Assembly: GCA_051047955.1 (NCBI GenBank)
Contig: JBPGPT010000005.1
Coordinates: 434,001 to 498,000, forward strand
Direction of reading: 5' to 3'
Origin: Cystobasidiomycetes sp. EMM_F5
Taxonomy: Eukaryota
DNA: 64,000 nucleotides
Each line of letters begins with the position of its first letter. Within the stretch, counting starts at the first letter, position 1. Below are positions 1 through 11,839 of this stretch, piece by piece. The notes under the pieces were generated by a model. It did not search any database. It saw nothing but the letters and a program-made list of their open reading frames with translations, and was not told where the DNA came from. Position numbers and translations under genes: made by a program.

Positions 1-140
1 GTCTGCGTCGCGTTGTTCGCCTGGTTGCCGCGCCGTTCGAATGTTGCTGTACGTCGATCCACCAACCCTTTTATTTCAAGCTGCGGTCCTGTAGACCGGA
101 CTCTCCAATTGTCTGAAAAGTTTGCCCTTCCATCAGACAT
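1..140 (-). CDS. 5' part of a hypothetical gene running off the window start
   Basis: Open frame from ATG at 140 reading MSDGRANFSDNWRVRSTGPQLEIKG... to the window edge; no family recognised. Confidence 0.35.
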   Translation of the reverse strand, partial: MSDGRANFSDNWRVRSTGPQLEIKGLVDRRTATFERRGNQANNATQ

Positions 141-522
141 TGCCAGATGTGAGATTTTGCTAACGCTACGACTGCTGGTCAGTGGAAGTCAGAGAGGCAG
201 CTCATTCGTTTGGCAGCCGAAAAATGTCTCTCGTCAACGAGCGCGTTCAACAACGGCCGTGCGACAAGCATTCGGCCGACAATGGTCACAAATGCTAGTG
301 CATGCGGCACCCTGTCAGCCAGCATCCGTGAAAGCAGGACATGTCACAGATCTCCGAGCAACGCATAGCTGACATTGAGAAAGCAAGTCCTCCCGATGTT
401 GGTGGAGTTGCAAGCACACTAGCGAAAGCAAAAGATTGCTGAAGAAATAGAGTTCTATATGTACGCTGCGCCTAGCCGACGACGTTGACGTAGTATCACA
501 AAGATGCAACAACAGCACTCGC

Positions 523-1430
523 TTATAGTGCTGCCATGCTTCCGAACTTTTCAGTGTAACCTGGTACCGTCCACTTGCCATTCTTGACCATTGCTTCGGT
601 AGTCGAGATGAGCTGTGGGCGGGCACGAGCAACATCGGCAGTCGTGAGGTCCTCCACTGGTCGGGCGGACTCGATGTCCTTCAGGGTTGCATTGAGGGCG
701 GACAACTGTTGGTCGACCTTCTGGGCGGCTTTCTTTGCGCCGTCGACCTGCCGGATGCGGGACGAGCGTGTATTTTCACATACGGAGTGCGATGGAGCGT
801 AGAGATCCATGCAGGTCGAGGAGTGGAACAGCGGAGATGGGCCATGTAAGGGCGATCGAGAATGAACGACGACGAGAACGAATTGTTAGAAGAGTCCGCT
901 TAGGCTACAGGCAGCTTGCACGTACAGCACGTTCTTGGAATTGACCGATAGCCTTGATCTGAGCTTGTACATCGTAGTCGACCGGCTTGAACGAGGTGAA
1001 TGTCTTTTCGAGCTCGGAAACGACAGATTGATTCTTGAGGACCTGCTTGTAGTGAGCAAAGTCGACCTGGTGGAAGCGAAAGAGCAATTGAGATATCCGA
1101 GTCAGTAGGTGCACCTCGAGTGGAAGCAAGGCCTGCTCACATCCGCCTTGAGCTCCTTGACCTGCTGGTTGGCCATGGCGGCATCGGCGTGCCTCTTCCT
1201 GAAAGCATTGAGCGCAGCGAGGGTCTCTGCAGAACATTGAAGCATGTTCAGACAGCTGTAGAATCGTTGACATTTACAGCTCTGCTTCTCGTACCCTTTT
1301 GCAACCCGAGGTTTGAGGTAACTCTGCCCCAGTCCAGAGCGCTGGGCATTACCAAAATGTAAGCAGGCGTCCGGGAGACACTGGTGCACCAGTGCAGAAG
1401 CTGTTGAACTCACGCTGTCCTGGCTGCCAT
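523..1430 (-). CDS. ATP7: Mitochondrial ATP synthase subunit d (spliced)
   Basis: Spliced reading MAARTAALDWGRVTSNLGLQKETLAALNAFRKRH...VDFAHYKQVLKNQSVV...IESARPVEDLT...GKWTVPGYTEKFGSMAAL; GT-AG introns join the ORF pieces. Confidence 0.95.
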
Positions 1431-1792
1431 GGTTGCACGCATTTTGTCTGGGTTTGGCGGACTCCAAGCGCTGCCGCTGCGCTGGTGGATGTGGGCAATC
1501 GGAAATTCAAGGAGCAGTAGAGATGGGTGCAATCAATGAACGGCAGGCAAGGCAGACATGTGTCAAGTCACACAGACTGATCACCATTATGCTTTTAATA
1601 TTAAGCTAGTCTCGACGCCATTATTGAAGCATGATGGTGCTCGTTCTCCACCCTTCTAATGTGATTAAACGGTCATTATCGAAGCTTTTGCTAATGAACT
1701 ACCCTGGCATCCTCTTCTCTTCCACTTCTTCTTCGCCTTCAACTCCTTTTCTACCATTACCGGGAGAACAGCCCTACGCCTTTGAGCACCAT

Positions 1793-3522
1793 TTAATGGC
1801 TGAACAGATACGATGCTCGTCTTTGCAGCGATCTTCCCCTGGTTCCGCTTGCAGGTGACTTGCTTGCAACAGGCACTGATAGTTGTTGAAAGTTAGGGGG
1901 AGGCTGCATATCGACATGCATGGCCAACTTGTCGTCTTGACTGATCTGCCTTGTCCCGGTGAGCGTGATGTGGATTTCAGGAATATTGGACATGTCCAGC
2001 GGTGCAAACATGACTGCAGAGAGACGCGCTGGACGACGAGGTGCAGCGCGACTTCCAAGCTGAACCGACGAGCTCGTAGCGGAAGCTTGACGAAGACTTC
2101 TAAACCATCCAGAAGGAGTAGCTATGCTCATCCGCGACTTCTTCGACTTGACTTCCTTTGCAGCCGCAAACACGTCACTGGACGATACTGGTGGTGGAGA
2201 TTCTGCAAGCGAAACTGAATAGGCTTTCACGTGACGATTCTTCTTGATGAGCGTACTGCCCGCCGAAGACGATTTCTGATGTGAGAACCCCTGTATCAAT
2301 GACAGTCTCGACGCAGCGCCAATCGATCCACGACCGCTTGTCGGCGAGAAAATATCATTACGAGGAGACTGTGCGGGTGTCAGCTCATGATAAGGCGTAA
2401 GTTGATATGTGAATCCCCGGGACTCACCACTTCTTGTTGGTCGCGGCTACGCTCAGTCACTTTGACCGGCGTAGTCGTAACGCTCACGGCAGCAGTGGCA
2501 ACCTTTTCACTGACAGACACAGTGGCGTGAGCAGGCTGAGTAACCCTTCTGCCCAAATCGTCAACTTGAAGTATCTTGTCATCAGCTGTCGATGCTAAGA
2601 CAGATTCTACGCTGCGGTGTTCTGCAGACAACCGGTGTGGGAACAGTTGCTTCAGCGAAGCGACTTGATTGGAGACTTGCATGACGCGGACTGCCGACTG
2701 AATCGTAGCGGATGCTACATCCTCAATCGAATGCATGGTGCGAATTGAGATAGATGCAGAAACCGCCAATCCTCCTTTCACGGTATCTTCCCCACGCAGA
2801 AGGTCGTCCTGCTCCTCGTCGGAGAAGTTCGTCACATGAAGCGGACCCAGAGAACCTGTCGAATTGGCCAAATCTATGTCGTCAAGGGAATCATTGCTAT
2901 ACATGTCGACGGGATCCGACTGCAGTGTCTGGGTTTGCATTGGCGTGTTCAACGATTCCGTTGGAGTCATCGTATTACCCTTCTCGGGGTGGTGGCCCTG
3001 ATTGGACCGCAATGCGAGATCTGCGCCTTGTTCAGGAGCCATCGCGAGCTTGTCCAGCCGATAAAAATCTGCAGCCGATATAGCGTACGCACGAGATCTT
3101 GCCAAAGATCCCCGATCGTAATGCGGACGGGTCTGTACACCAGGGTTCGACACGACAGACGAATCACAATTGCTGTCTAGGCGGAAAGCCTGCCAGGATT
3201 GTCTACCGTCGGACTTGTCGTAGGGAATGAATGAGTGCACCATGCCTGTGCTTGGTGATAGTGCGGCTGCATAAGTACCAGCGAAGCTCGAAAAGAAGGC
3301 TTGCTGGTCAGGAGTGAGCGGGGAACATGGAGGACTTGGAGAGAGTGACCCTCCCTCGGAGCCGTGTTGCGGCTCGTTCTGCTCGAAAGCTGTCTGACAT
3401 GAGATGGCCGTCTCATATTCAGAGACCGAGTCGAACGAAATGTCCGTATCTTCTAGGATGGTAGACAGACTGAGTGCTTGCGCCTGACTGTGAGCCGGGT
3501 AGATTGGCGGTCGACGCGGCAT
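1793..3522 (-). CDS. Hypothetical Ser/Thr-rich, low-complexity protein (2+ exons)
   Basis: ORF 2380-3522 joins ORF 1793-2299 in frame through a GTGAGT...CAG intron near 2370-2428. A possible upstream exon or uORF starts at 3773. Confidence 0.65.
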
Positions 3523-4208
3523 GTCTGCAGACTACGCAGGTCTTCTCGCACAGTCTTCGTGACGAGCTTGGCTGGCAAGAGACAGCGTTATGGCCCGCCG
3601 CGAGGCTGGTGTTCCAGGCGGTCATTTTCGATGTGCCAGCCATTTCTACTGACGTCGCATGGCTGGTCGCGTAGAATGGTTGAATCATTCTTTTCATGCA
3701 GTTCGCTAGCTAACAGCGGCTTTGCATCACTGTTGATACGCATCTCTCTAGTCAGCTCGTCAATGTATGCCATTAGTAGTATTCGATTCTTGGTAAGAGC
3801 GGGGTCAGACTCGGTCAGGATTTCAGCTACACGGTCGATTTAGCTACGTGTTTCCACGCACAGTCAGTTAGTAATCATATTCTATTTGTAATTAGCGCAC
3901 ATTGTCACGAAATGTCGTAGCCATACTTTTTGTGGTGGCTCAGGCCAGCGAAGGGCGGCCACCTCTGCGCCGACAGGACTTTTGCCAGGTCGAGGCAGTG
4001 ACGCCAGCGCGGACGACCACCCAGAATTGCCTGTTCAGCTGGAAACAACGCAGGATACTCACCAGGTCTGTCGGTCAAAGCGAGTGAACCCGCATCGCGC
4101 CCTAGTCAGGTCCGCCCACGCACACAGGACGAAAAACAAACGCGAAATTGACGATATTACACGGAATACTGGGCAACCTAGTACAACTCAACGTCAGAGT
4201 TGTACGGC

Positions 4209-6558
4209 ATGGACGCAGCTAGCCAGCTGTCCAGCCAGTTTAGCGGCCTGACTGTTGCTGGGGATCCTGGAGCCCAGCGGCTCAGGAGTGTAAGCGTGCA
4301 GTTCTCACGTATCTGAGCAGGCTGACGTGTTCGATTTGACATCATAGAAGCGTTCGCAACGCTTTACTGTGCCAGTGCAGGCGCCGAGCGCGCCGGCCTT
4401 GCCTGCATCAAATCAATACAACAATGGGCCAAACGGAAGCACAACTGGAACGAGTTCTACAGGATCCAGCAGCGAAACGCACTCCCACGCTCATACACAC
4501 GACAGCGGATTCGCTTCCAACAATACACTGGGCGGTGCCGACCTTGCAGCCGGCTCGTCCTTCACTGGAACACTCGGTCAAATGCCCCAGCCTTTCCCTT
4601 CCAACTTTGCACAGACTGGTCGGTCCTTTCTGCAACAGGATCCTTTTGCGGGCGCGGGCGGCATAGCTGGAAATCTAGCCGCAGCGCGCTTCCGCACACT
4701 AAGCACTGGCAATTCGCCTTTACAATACCAAACGGCACAAAATAACGCTTCGCCATGGTTAGATGGATTGAATCAAGGCGCGTCCACGCTTCCTAATCCA
4801 TCTCTGCCGCTCTACCAGCCTGCCTTCGATGCCTTTGGCAATCCTTCGGGCGCAGCAGCTCAAAACCTGCTTCACGCACTCCGCATGCCAGGCCTATCCT
4901 TGCCGAATCAGCTTCCACAGATGTCTCAAAATAATTCGCCTGTGGGTATAACTCAAGCGCAGATGCAATCGCCGTTTCAGCAAACAGGTCAGGCCGGCCA
5001 AGCTGTCACCCAAGGCTCGCCCGACGATGTCATCCCGACTGCCATTGTCATCAAGAACATACCCTTCGCCCTTCCATACACCTCATTGCTTGCTATTATT
5101 GACGAGCTTACCCTCTCTGCACCGTATGCGTTCAATTATCATTACGATCAGGGCGTCTTTCGCGGATTGGCTTTCGCCAACTTTCATTCTCCGGAGGAGA
5201 CAGACGCCTGTGTAGCGGCTCTGAATGGCTACGAGATTCAAGGTCGCAAGTTGCGTGTCGAATACAAGAAAGTTCTGCAGGCAGGCGAGAAGGAGCGAAT
5301 AGAGCGAGACAAGGCGATCAAGCGAATGCGAAGTATGCAGCTCGAACGCGAGCGTCTAATCATGAATCAACCGAGTCATATGCATATGCAGCCGCCTCAG
5401 TACTTGAATGCACACTTCCAGCAGCCTCCAGTATCGCAGGACCTGTACAATCTGAACCAGCTTTCCAATGGTGACATTAGAAAGCACAACAATCAACCTA
5501 GTGAAGACTGGGAAGACTATGGAAGGGCGATGCCATCTGGTACTGGTAGTCAGGACCTCAGCTCCTTGAATGGGAATGCCAGAGACGGTGCTTCAGTGAC
5601 CTCTTCAAACGACTTTGGCATGCCAGATAGCTCGAATGGCTCCTCTTCTTCCCGTGCTGGTGTGTCACCCTACGAACTTGATATGAATGATCCGCAAACG
5701 CTCGAAATTTATTCGCGGGTACTACTCTTCAAAGACGATTCCTTACGAGATGAGCTCGCATTTTCCCGAAACTTGACGGCCACTCAACGCCGTATCGTGA
5801 AGCTCGTCGGTCAGAAATTGGGGATGAACCATCGCAGCATTGGTGCTGGCGAGGACAGGCACGTTGTGGTTGTCAAACCAAGCAACAACAGCCTGACACA
5901 GCAAAGAACGCTGAGAACGCGCGCGTCCACACACCATCTGCTATCACCAGATCTTCATTCCGAGTACGCGCATTCTGGAAGTGGTTCGCCGTCACCCAAC
6001 ATGAGAAAGAAGTCTATGCCTGACCTCCGTCATCAGCAACAGTACCCTTACAATAGCCAGATGATCTCGCAAGGCCTCCCCTCTCCTGGCTCCAATCTTC
6101 TGTCAGGTGGTCAGCACGACTCCATCACTCCCCGCCATTCGGCATACGATCTGCGTGCTGCCAATCGCCGTTCTGCGTTGATGAACGGCATAGACCTCTC
6201 ATCTAATCCTATTATTGGACCTGGGCCTCCCGGGTTGCCCAGTTCCGCCTCATCACCAGCCTTACAAAGCGTGGTCGGCTCTTCGGCCCTTGACCTGGTA
6301 GCAAACGTAGGCACACTGCCAGGTAGAAGTAACCTTTCGTTCGCCAGCCCCGCTCAAACTCCCGGAGCTGGTATTCGCGAAGCCCAAGATATACAGCCAC
6401 CATTGTCGAAAGCTGTAGGCAGCCCTGCAAATACGCTGAGGCAGCCACGAGGACCGGATAGCTCGACTAGTTGGGCAAGAGGCAGTCCTTTCGCAAATGC
6501 AGCCAGCCCCGATGTTATGCGTAAGCAGCGTCATTGGCATGAGGTTGAGATGAGTTGA
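4209..6558 (+). CDS. RRM + R3H domain RNA-binding protein (Pin4/Cip2-like)
   Basis: RRM (IPTAIVIKNIPF...RGLAFANF...GRKLRVEYKKVL) followed by R3H-like segment (LTATQRRIVKLVGQKLGMNHRSIG). ATG 4209 precedes an intron. The 3' end may instead splice to a stop at about 6589. Confidence 0.9.
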
Positions 6559-7095
6559 TAACTGAATTATCTTGTCTGCAGAGTCCTAACTGACAATCGC
6601 GATACGAGCGACCCGCCTTCTGACAGCAAGTAACCGCGACCTTACGACCTTGGTCATGCCCGATACTGTCCAATCACTCATATTTCTGGTATTGCTATGC
6701 GGTACCATTCTTGGACTTATTTCTCTCCTCTGGACCCACGCTTATATTCTGCAACAGTTTTGGAAGCAGTTACAACACGATACCCATTCACTTATGATCC
6801 TTTACGACCCCAAATTCCAATCAATACGCCCTCATCATGATTCTGACGCGCTTTTCAGGCTTCAAGTCCCTCACGCTCTTTCAAGACTGATGCACGCTAC
6901 GACCCGTTACGAAGTCATTGCTGTACCCATGTGTTTCGAACTGCTTGATGGGATGTGTTTTAATGAATAGACAATTTTGGAGATTCTTGTCGGCAGCGGC
7001 AGCTTGTAGGGAGGAGGGAAACCACAGCAGACTCGCTAGTAAAGAATGTTTACGGTATCCTATTGCTTTGTGCTATCTTTACGGACACCAATAGC

Positions 7096-8677
7096 ATGGA
7101 ATTGCAAGCTCACGCCTCGACGTCGACTCTGCCTGAGACACCGACACTGTTGCCCTACATTACTGTCCAGCATGACTGCCTTGCTGTCATTCAGGATGTC
7201 ACTGTCAGTACTGAAGATTTGCCACATGTCACACAACGACTCCTAGCTGACGCTGACGATGTTATGCTCGGTCACTGGCATATCAGGATGGCATAGCGTC
7301 CAGCGAAAGCTTCTGGGTATCCGTTTATCGCGGCTCATCAGCTGTGCATGGCAAGGTGCTCGTCACAGCTGGCGAGGATGACGGAGAAATTGGTCTAGAC
7401 GCGCAAGATGGGATTATTCTGGAGCGAATATCATCGGTACGCAGTCTGGTTCACCTTAAAAATCAACTTCAAGGCTGATGAAAGCGAAACAGACGTCTTT
7501 CAAGATAGCGTGTCCAAAATTGTCTGTCGCGCTCACGACCGTGAAATTTCCAAAAAATACACGGCAGGATCTACTGAGTAAGGGCGTGAGTTAGATTGAA
7601 TTTACACTTCCCTCGTCCCCGCTCTCAAATACTGTTCATAGATCGATTGCATGGATGTCTCGCCAGATCAACAGCGCTTTGTTTTCGGAGGACACGATGG
7701 CAAGCTATATGTCAGCAGCACAATCGATACATCTTCCGATCCACCGCTTGCGCTCTCGGGTCACGTCGGGGACGTATTGTCATGTCGCTTTGTGAGGCGT
7801 ATGTGTTCATGGACTCATGACTTCCACTGAAACCCCGCAATTCCAGTTTCCCAGTTCAGAAGTGATACTCTCCACATCGTCAGATCTCGGTATAAGAATC
7901 TTTTCCGCTCTTGATGGTAGCAATCCACGAGTGTTGAAAGGTCATCAAGCAGCGGTAACCGATTCTGCCATACTGGGGCGTGGCAAGCACATACTTACGT
8001 CAAGCAATGACGGCACTGTCAAGCTATGGAACGTTGGACAAGGCGAATGCATTCGAACATGGAGATTAGGCGTCGCAGGGGCGAAAAGAAGAATAACGTG
8101 CATAACATTAGCTTGCCGCAGCAGCTCCGACGAATCAACGGAAGAACTCAGTCGATACTTCTGCATCGCTGCGACCGAAGATGGCACGATATCCATCTTT
8201 GCTGTCGGAGAGCCAGCCTCCCACACCCCTTTACAGAGCATTTCTATACCGTCACCCGGTAAAATCATAAATGCGTTGAGTGGTGTCGAAACAAGCTCCG
8301 ACAGCTTTTTTCTGGCAGCTGGAACAGCTCATGGCACGGTCGAGCTATATCACTTTGACCTCTCTAACTCCGGTCAACCATTCAACACACCTGCGACGCG
8401 CTGTGGCTCTGTGCGGAGAAATACGGCAGACATCACTTCATTAACCTGGGCGAGTCCGGCAAGTCCGGAGCAATCCAATTCGTACCGCCTCATCGCTGCC
8501 ACGTCCGATGGTCTGCCCTTTAGCCTGAATGTCCAGCTCGGTAGCAATAACGCCTCGGTGAACATCAGCGTGGAGGAAGAGCTTGCCGGTTATGACATTG
8601 ATGCATGCAATGCAATCGTATCGCGCGGCAACGCTATTTATGCAGCGGGCAAAGATGGTCATTTGCGAAAGTACTGA
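7096..8677 (+). CDS. RPN14: WD40 proteasomal ATPase-associated factor (PAAF1/Rpn14-like)
   Basis: WD40 repeats (FPSSEVILSTSSDLGIRIFSALDGSNPRVLKGHQAAVTDSAILGRGKHILTSSNDGTVKLWNVG), N-terminal LPYITVQHD and C-terminal AGKDGHLRKY typical of fungal PAAF1. Confidence 0.75.
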
Positions 8678-8797
8678 ATCATGGCAAATATCGAGCTTCA
8701 TAACGTAGGCAGTGCGTCTGAATAACCATGTGATAGTGATACAGCATAGATTTTCAATGGTTTCCAATATATTGTCGTTGTAATCATTGCTTGAAGT

Positions 8798-11519
8798 CTA
8801 CCATTCCATCTTCTTTGGCTTTGTATCCGAGCTGACGGGAATCTTTCCAGAGTAACCGATGCCGTCTAACCACGGGTACCTTTGAGACCTGACCTTCTCA
8901 AAGCTAGCGATGTCTGCTTCGTGGGTAAGAGTGAGGGAAATGTCATCCAAGCCATTAATCAAGCAGTGCCTCCGGAACTCCTCTACTTCGAAAGCGACGG
9001 TTTCACCATTCTTTCTGCGAATGACTTTATCAACAAGGTCGACTTCAGCTTGGGAGCCGTCTCTTGAATCAGCTGCGATGGTGTCGATGTCCTTTTGTGG
9101 TAAGACTATTGGCAACATGCCGTTCTTGAAGCAATTCTAATCATAGGGTCAGTACCTCAGACCACTATCGATGCGACACGGTGCTCACGTTGAAAAAGAT
9201 ATCGGCGAAACTCGTAGCAAGGACACAGCGAATACCAAAGTCGGCTAATGCCCAGGGCGCATGTTCCCGTGATGAGCCACAGCCGAAATTCGGGCCAGTC
9301 ACGCACAGAATTTTGGCTTGCCGGTAAGGCTCTTGATTGAGGATGAATTCTGGCCTCTCTGTCCGCTCGTTGTCAGAGTATCGCATACTATAGAACAGGG
9401 CTGATCCAAGTCCGGTCCTCTTGATTGTCTTTAGGAATCTCGCTGGAATGATGGCATCGGTGTCGACGTTGCTCTTGTCGAGAACCGCGACAACGCCTTT
9501 GAGCTGAGTGAACTTGGGCATACCGGCAGCCTGACTTGCCGCCTTGACTTTTTGGCTTTTTGGCGATGACGGTCTAGCGCTGCCGGAGGTGTTTGATGCG
9601 GCATCGGTGCCTTCCTCGACGGGATTGGTGTCCGAGGTGTCTATTGGCGCAGAGACTGCTTGCTGAGCGAATTTGGCATCTTCCTCGCTAGACACGGCAG
9701 GCATATTACCGCGACCAAGCATGAGTTTGCGCACATCGGCTAATCGACCTTCGATTGCTGCAGCAGCGGCCATAGCAGGGGACATGAGATGTGTCCGACC
9801 GCCAGGACCCTGCCGACCTTCAAAGTTACGATTCGACGTGGACGCACACCTTTCTCCTGGTTTTAGCTGATCGGGATTCATGCCTAGGCACATAGAACAA
9901 CCGGCTTCGCGCCAATCGAATCCAGCATCCTTAAAGACGCGGTCCAGCCCTTCAGACTCTGCTTGGTGTTTGACCAGGCCTGAACCTGGAACGACCATAG
10001 CGTAAACATTGGCAGCGACACGGCGACCTTCCACTACTTTAGCAGCCGCCCTCAGATCCTCGATACGGGAATTCGTGCACGAGCCAATGAAGACCTTGTC
10101 AATCTTGATAGACTCCATCGGAGTGCCGGCGGTGAGGCCCATGTATTCGAGCGATCGCTGCATGGTCTGCTTGCGGGCATCAGACGGTGCATCTGCGGGG
10201 TCTGGAACGACACCGCCAATATGAGTGACATCTTGCGGCGACGTTCCCCATGAAACAGTCGGTTGAATATCCTTGGCGTCAATCTCTACGGAATAGTCAA
10301 AGTAGGCACCCTCATCCGTGTGCAGAGTTCGCCAGTACGACACTGCAGAATCCCATTCTGCACCTTTGGGTGCCAATGGTCTGCCGTTCATGTACGCAAA
10401 AGTCGTTTCATCAGGAGCAATCATGCCAGCACGCGCTCCGGCTTCGATGGACATGTTGCACTGTATGAATGTGACTGTCAAATAGGCACGAGCCTGAAGT
10501 GACCGCATGACTCACGATTGACATGCGGGCTTCCATACTGAGAGCTTCGATAGCTGTACCGCAATATTCGATCGCACAACCTGTGCCTCCTGCGGTACCT
10601 ATTTGACCGATAATGTGCAGAATGATATCCTTGGAGGTCACGCCTGGAGCAAGCTGTCCGTCAACACTGATGCGCATGTTCTTGGCCTTCTTTTGAATAA
10701 TGGTTTGTGTCGCGAGAACGTGCTCTACTTCAGATGTTCCGATACCGAAGGCAAGAGCGCCGAAAGCGCCGTGAGTCGCTGTATGCGAGTCTCCGCACAC
10801 GACGGTCGTTCCGGGAAGTGTAAACCCCTGCTCAGGACCAATGACCTAGAGTTTACACGATCAGCGGGCTAGTGCAGATGTACTTATCATTTGCAAATAG
10901 CTCACATGCACGATACCTTGACGCCTGTCTGTCATTCCAAAATATGTGAGTCCAAACGCTTTGACGTTTTCCTCCAGAGTAACGCATTGCAGGCGCGAGT
11001 CGGCTTCCTTGATGAATGTTTTTGCGCTCGTAAAGCTCTTGCGAGATTCAGTCGGGACGTTGTGGTCCACGGTGACGAGGGTGCAGTCTTTTCGTCGAAC
11101 GTCTCGGTTTGCGAGTGTCAGACCTTCGAACGCTTGCGGTGATGTGACTTCGTGAACGATGTGTCTGTCAGAACGAGCGATGTCAGTCCTGACTACACGA
11201 TTTCAGCGGACAGCATAACCTCACCTATCAATGAAGAGCAGGCATGTTCCGTCCTGTATCCAATGCAGCCAGTGCGGGTTTTACACAAAGAATACGATTT
11301 GCGTATGCAATTTGACGGTGGCGTCGGATCAGCCCAGTTCAGAAAACAAAGCCAGTCTCTGCTCACGTCGCCCGTCTGCTTGACTACGTGGTCCCTCCAG
11401 ACCTTGTCGTAGAGGGTCAGTTTACTCTGCGAGTCCGTCAGCGACACGCCGTCCTTTCGTCAGCGGTGTTGCTGCTGCTGGCTCTACTTTTCTTTGCGGC
11501 TCACCGTCACTCCGGGCAT
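8798..11519 (-). CDS. LEU1: 3-isopropylmalate dehydratase (fused large and small subunits)
   Basis: [85 protein letters not shown]; multiple introns. Confidence 0.98.
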
Positions 11520-11839
11520 GTTTCTAGGTGAGCTGTCCAGGTGAGTAATTAATATTCTTTGTGGAGCAGAGGCAAACTGCAACGACGACTTTGGTTGTTG
11601 GGCAGCCCGGCGGACGAATAGCGACAGCTCTGTATGCTCACTGCCGAGCCAGAACACTCCGCCGACCGGCCGCTCGCAAAATGACCGGACATCCGGGCAA
11701 CGAGCCTGGCTAGACAGCGAGAGCTTACGACGAGAACCGGTACGCGCAAAAATGCTTTTAATATTCAACATTGAGAGACCCGCCATACTCTGGCTTCGTT
11801 CCATTGTCATTTGATTAGCAACTAGCGAGGAAGAATGCG

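Noticed and set aside
748..925. Unusually long (178 nt) ATP7 intron as a possible snoRNA host
   Set aside because: No C/D boxes or convincing H/ACA structure visible by eye; an Infernal/Rfam search would be needed.
6650..6970. 106-aa hydrophobic ORF after the RRM gene
   Set aside because: Non-ATG start in the track, lies in the likely 3' UTR, no recognisable family.
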